A DNA stretch of 64,000 nucleotides, taken from Klebsormidium nitens. Its lineage: Eukaryota; Plantae; Klebsormidiophyceae. The stretch spans positions 1 through 64,000 of the forward strand of contig DF237242.1 of assembly GCA_000708835.1 (NCBI GenBank), read 5' to 3'. The first letter of the stretch is position 1. Every line of letters begins with the position of its first letter. The notes beneath the pieces were generated by a model. It saw only the letters and a list, made by a program, of their open reading frames with translations, did not search any database and was not told where the DNA came from. The position numbers were made by a program, and so were the translations under genes. This document shows positions 60,589 through 64,000 of this stretch, piece by piece.

Positions 60589-62783
60589 CACCAGAGCATG
60601 CGGCCATGCTTTGTAAATGACAGCATCACTGCAAAGCGATTGATTGACGACGCTGCAAGCGGAGATTGCGTCTACAGACGGAGGTACTCCATAGGGTTTT
60701 CAAGTCGGCACGCGATAAGATGCCACGTAAGTGTGCGCAATCATATCGCCAAAGCTTGGGCGAAAGGCTCGCGTTTTGCTGCAACGATATAGGGTCGTGA
60801 GTGGCCTGCATTTTGCAGAGCACGCGGTGACACACTGTTACCGAGATAAGCAGGCAGCGGATCTCAAGTTTGCCTTGCCCTTGCCGATAGGGTACGTTAG
60901 GCAACGACTTTGATTTTTGGTTTTGCGTTTGGGAAGCTTTTCTATCTGGAGCCTAAAGTTTGTTAAGCAAGCGGTTCAGGCGCTAGCTTGGATACGCTGT
61001 GCTCAAGTGACCATTACTGAGTAGTATGTGTGAAGAGGTTGACATAAGTGCTGTCAATCTGTCCTTAATCGATCCTGTACGTAGTTGCTGCTTTCGATCA
61101 CATACCAACTTTAAAAATAGTACCTGCCAACAAGTATCATTTCAAACCTGGTGACCGCTCCGACTCTTCAAACCTAGCCAGTAGCGTAATACTATAAAGT
61201 ACAGCCTGACTCAGGCTGGGGCTATGTTGGGTGTGAGACACATAAGTATCCCCTTTTCGAATTGGTTTGCCATCCTTCAATCTGATCAATCTGATTGCGT
61301 CGATAGTTTAAGCGATCGGCTTGGTGGCAATCAGCCGGGACTCGATGCACATCATTGCATGATCGAGCGAGTTCTGAGAGTGTCCGATCCAAAAGATCGG
61401 AGTGACATGGAGCAATGATCCACCTTAAGTCGCAGTGCCACTGGTGGGAATCAATGTCTAGACACACACATGGCCCGATCGAGGTGTAGCTAGCAAGGAA
61501 TGCATGTGCAGTCGGTTATAACCAGACATACATGCGCCGCGGCATGCAAATCATGCTTATAAGTACACTATACGGGCTCCCGGAGTGCAGACATGCATGC
61601 ACCGCGGCACATGTTGTGGCTGGGCGCATGATCAAGCCCGGCCCTAAGTTCAAATCATTGCTATATAGGGCAAGATCATTCAAGCTCATAATCTCACTCG
61701 GCGGCCGCCGGCAGCCGGCTGGCGACTGTCGCGGCCGGCCCGGCTCCACTGCCCGGACGGCGGCGGGTCCGCCCGTGCGGCGGCTAGCTAGGCATCTTGA
61801 GTCTGGCAAGTATGCTTTCAATAAGTTCAACATGATCCTTTTGGCGGCCGGCGGCCCGCGCCGCACCTGAATTCTCGAGTCACAAGCGCGCGGCTACGAT
61901 CGCGGGCCGGGCACCGTCGTCCAATTTCCATAAATCCTGTTGATTCGGATGGCATTTCGGGGGATACTCAGCATCCCTATGATCTTCTACTGATCGAAAG
62001 TTGCTCGTGAATTGTATAACCACAAAAAAAGTTAGGCCGTAAGTTCGGGAAACCGAGTTCGGGGCCAAGTGGGAAGATCCTGGCGCGCTGATCAGATCTG
62101 ATTTGAGTGACTACAGATCGATTCCCGAGATTCTGAACAGTGCAACTTTCGTGCAATCGTTTACGGTCGAGAAGACAAGGGGGTAAAGAATTTGACGGCA
62201 AGCATCGCCCGACGGATTGAAGCGTCTTCGATAGGTCGAACATCGGACGTCAGGGCCAGGCCGGCCGAACGCCGGATCACATGTGCAGTGGGCGTTGGAC
62301 TTTCAACCTGTGATTGCAATTGTAAAGTGACGCCCAAAGTTGGTCAGCAATGTATAGCGACTAGCGAGCCCCAGTCTCCCACTTCAACGTCACCGCAAGG
62401 TAAGGTGTTACTACGGTCAGGCGCAAGCAGACAGCTTTGGACGGAAAGCCTCAGTGCTTACTCGCAAGATGACGGGACGGAGGCTTTTGAGTCGCACTCA
62501 TTCCAATCATTAAACTAATTAGATTGTGATTAACCTACGCGCTGCCAACACCATGGTGGCGACGGCATGGCTGTAGATACAAAAGAGAATCTGCGGAAAG
62601 GTTGATTTGAACGGCCGGAACCAGCAGCCAAACAAGCGACATCATCGCGAACAAATACTCTGTGAACAAAACTTGCTCCCGTTCGTTTGTTTATCATCGT
62701 CAATGAAACTCTAAATCGCAGTCAACGCGTGAGCTTCATCCTTCTTTGCTCGGCACATAGTGCACGCGGTGTACGGAGAGGCA

Positions 62784-62809
62784 TAACGAGAGGTACGTAC
62801 CTCTCGTTA
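62784..62809. other. Perfect 26-bp palindrome (hairpin/cruciform)
   Basis: taacgagaggtacgtacctctcgtta equals its own reverse complement; extends by ggca/tgcc with a one-base bulge. Confidence 0.9.
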
Positions 62810-63509
62810 GTGCCGACTCGGGCGCTACAACAGACTGCAAGCTGCGTTTTGCAGAACCACTAACATCGTAGAGCTGCGCTTGTGTCAACTGAACAGCGGT
62901 CCCTGACGGAAATGTAAACCGTCACAACCCGAATCCAACAACAGACTTAATCATTCAGCCTTTGCAAAACGACGGCGCGGCCGATTGGACGACGATGATG
63001 TCGCTCCCGCGTGCTGGTCAGAATCAGTGGGATGCGTTCGGTACCGCACGCTCCCGCAACCTTCGAAAGTCGTTCCAGCTTACTTGCAGTAATGCGCAGA
63101 TTTACCCTTTAGTTCGCTCAGGAGACCTTTGCACTATCGAACGAGTCCGATTCGTTCAAAGGCCGTAAAGAAATTCTTGTCAACTGTTAGTAACCAGACG
63201 AGTCAGTACACCGTTTTCTGAGTATCTCTATCCGTGACAGGACAGCCGGATCAGCTGATTGCATCCGTAGTTTAAGGTCAGCTACCCAGATAAGATGACG
63301 AGGTGGGTCCGAGACCAAAATGTGGAAAAAACGAGATGCTGAGTAGACGATCGAGCCGTGGCATCAGAAGGGATTTGTACCAAGAGAAACGTGAGAAGCA
63401 ACTGGCAGGCTTCTCAATCGAGTACCGACGTCATTTGCCGGCACTGAGTTTAGGCAAACGACTAGGGCAGAATTGATCGACACTGGATTCTCGGGCTTCC
63501 GGGTCAGCA

Positions 63510-63580
63510 CAAGTTTGCTTACACCGCTCGAGTTGTCAACGCCGAAGTTTGCTTACACCGCTCGTGTTGTCAACGCCGAA
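63510..63580. repeat. 34-bp tandem duplication
   Basis: aagtttgcttacaccgctcg(a/t)gttgtcaacgccg occurs twice. Confidence 0.9.
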
Positions 63581-64000
63581 TCAGGATATTGTAGCCGGTA
63601 TCTTCTCGACTTGACGACGAAAGCAGTAAGGATTAGGAAATTAGTAGAGTTGGAGTCTCGCTATGTAAGCGGTCAACACTCAAAATCAGATGCGCGCAAT
63701 TCTCTTTAAATTCTGGCGCCTAGCAGGTGTGAGATCATCTCCTCATTATCTGCTTGCCGTTTCGTCACGACGGATTCTGCTTTACAAGCAGATACGCGGC
63801 TAGCTCGCCGAATGCAAACCTTCAGAAAGCGGAGCTGAGCATCAATTTGCCGCGCACCCGTGATATAAGAGGGTAGGAGCCAAAAATTCAAAACTTTACC
63901 AGGCACAAAGCGACCGTACGAAACAGACTCGGAGGTAGTGAAATAGCGGGGTAGCACGTAGCCCCGGACCACAACGTCTGCATAGGATACAAATGGCAGC

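Overview
Eukaryotic, intron-rich DNA that looks like a streptophyte/charophyte green alga. Klebsormidium-like is my inference from gene style, not a database result. (1) 1-10.8 kb is an endogenous virus-like region. It holds a D5-like SF3 primase-helicase gene with three GT-AG introns and one frameshift. Next to it is an AT-richer, intronless ~7.6 kb module: an MC1-like DNA-architectural protein, two tandem tyrosine-recombinase-family genes, a Bro-N-like NCLDV-type gene, an intact 830-aa PrimPol-SF3 helicase, a small basic ORF, and an iteron/AT-palindrome origin candidate. No capsid or packaging gene is visible. (2) 11-17.2 kb is a decayed, multi-exon KDZ (Kyakuja-Dileera-Zisupton) transposase gene with SWIM-like and CxC-like domains. 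(3) 18.4-60.6 kb holds host genes: chloroplast RIBA (ribBA), THF1/Psb29 (head-to-head with RIBA), a beta-carbonic anhydrase, and a secreted AGP-like + pseudo-hydrolase + active alpha/beta-hydrolase chimera. A recurring feature is decaying tandem copies of exon boundaries (splice site plus exon edge) inside introns of at least three host genes. 40-54 kb and 60.6-64 kb contain no gene I can confidently recognise.
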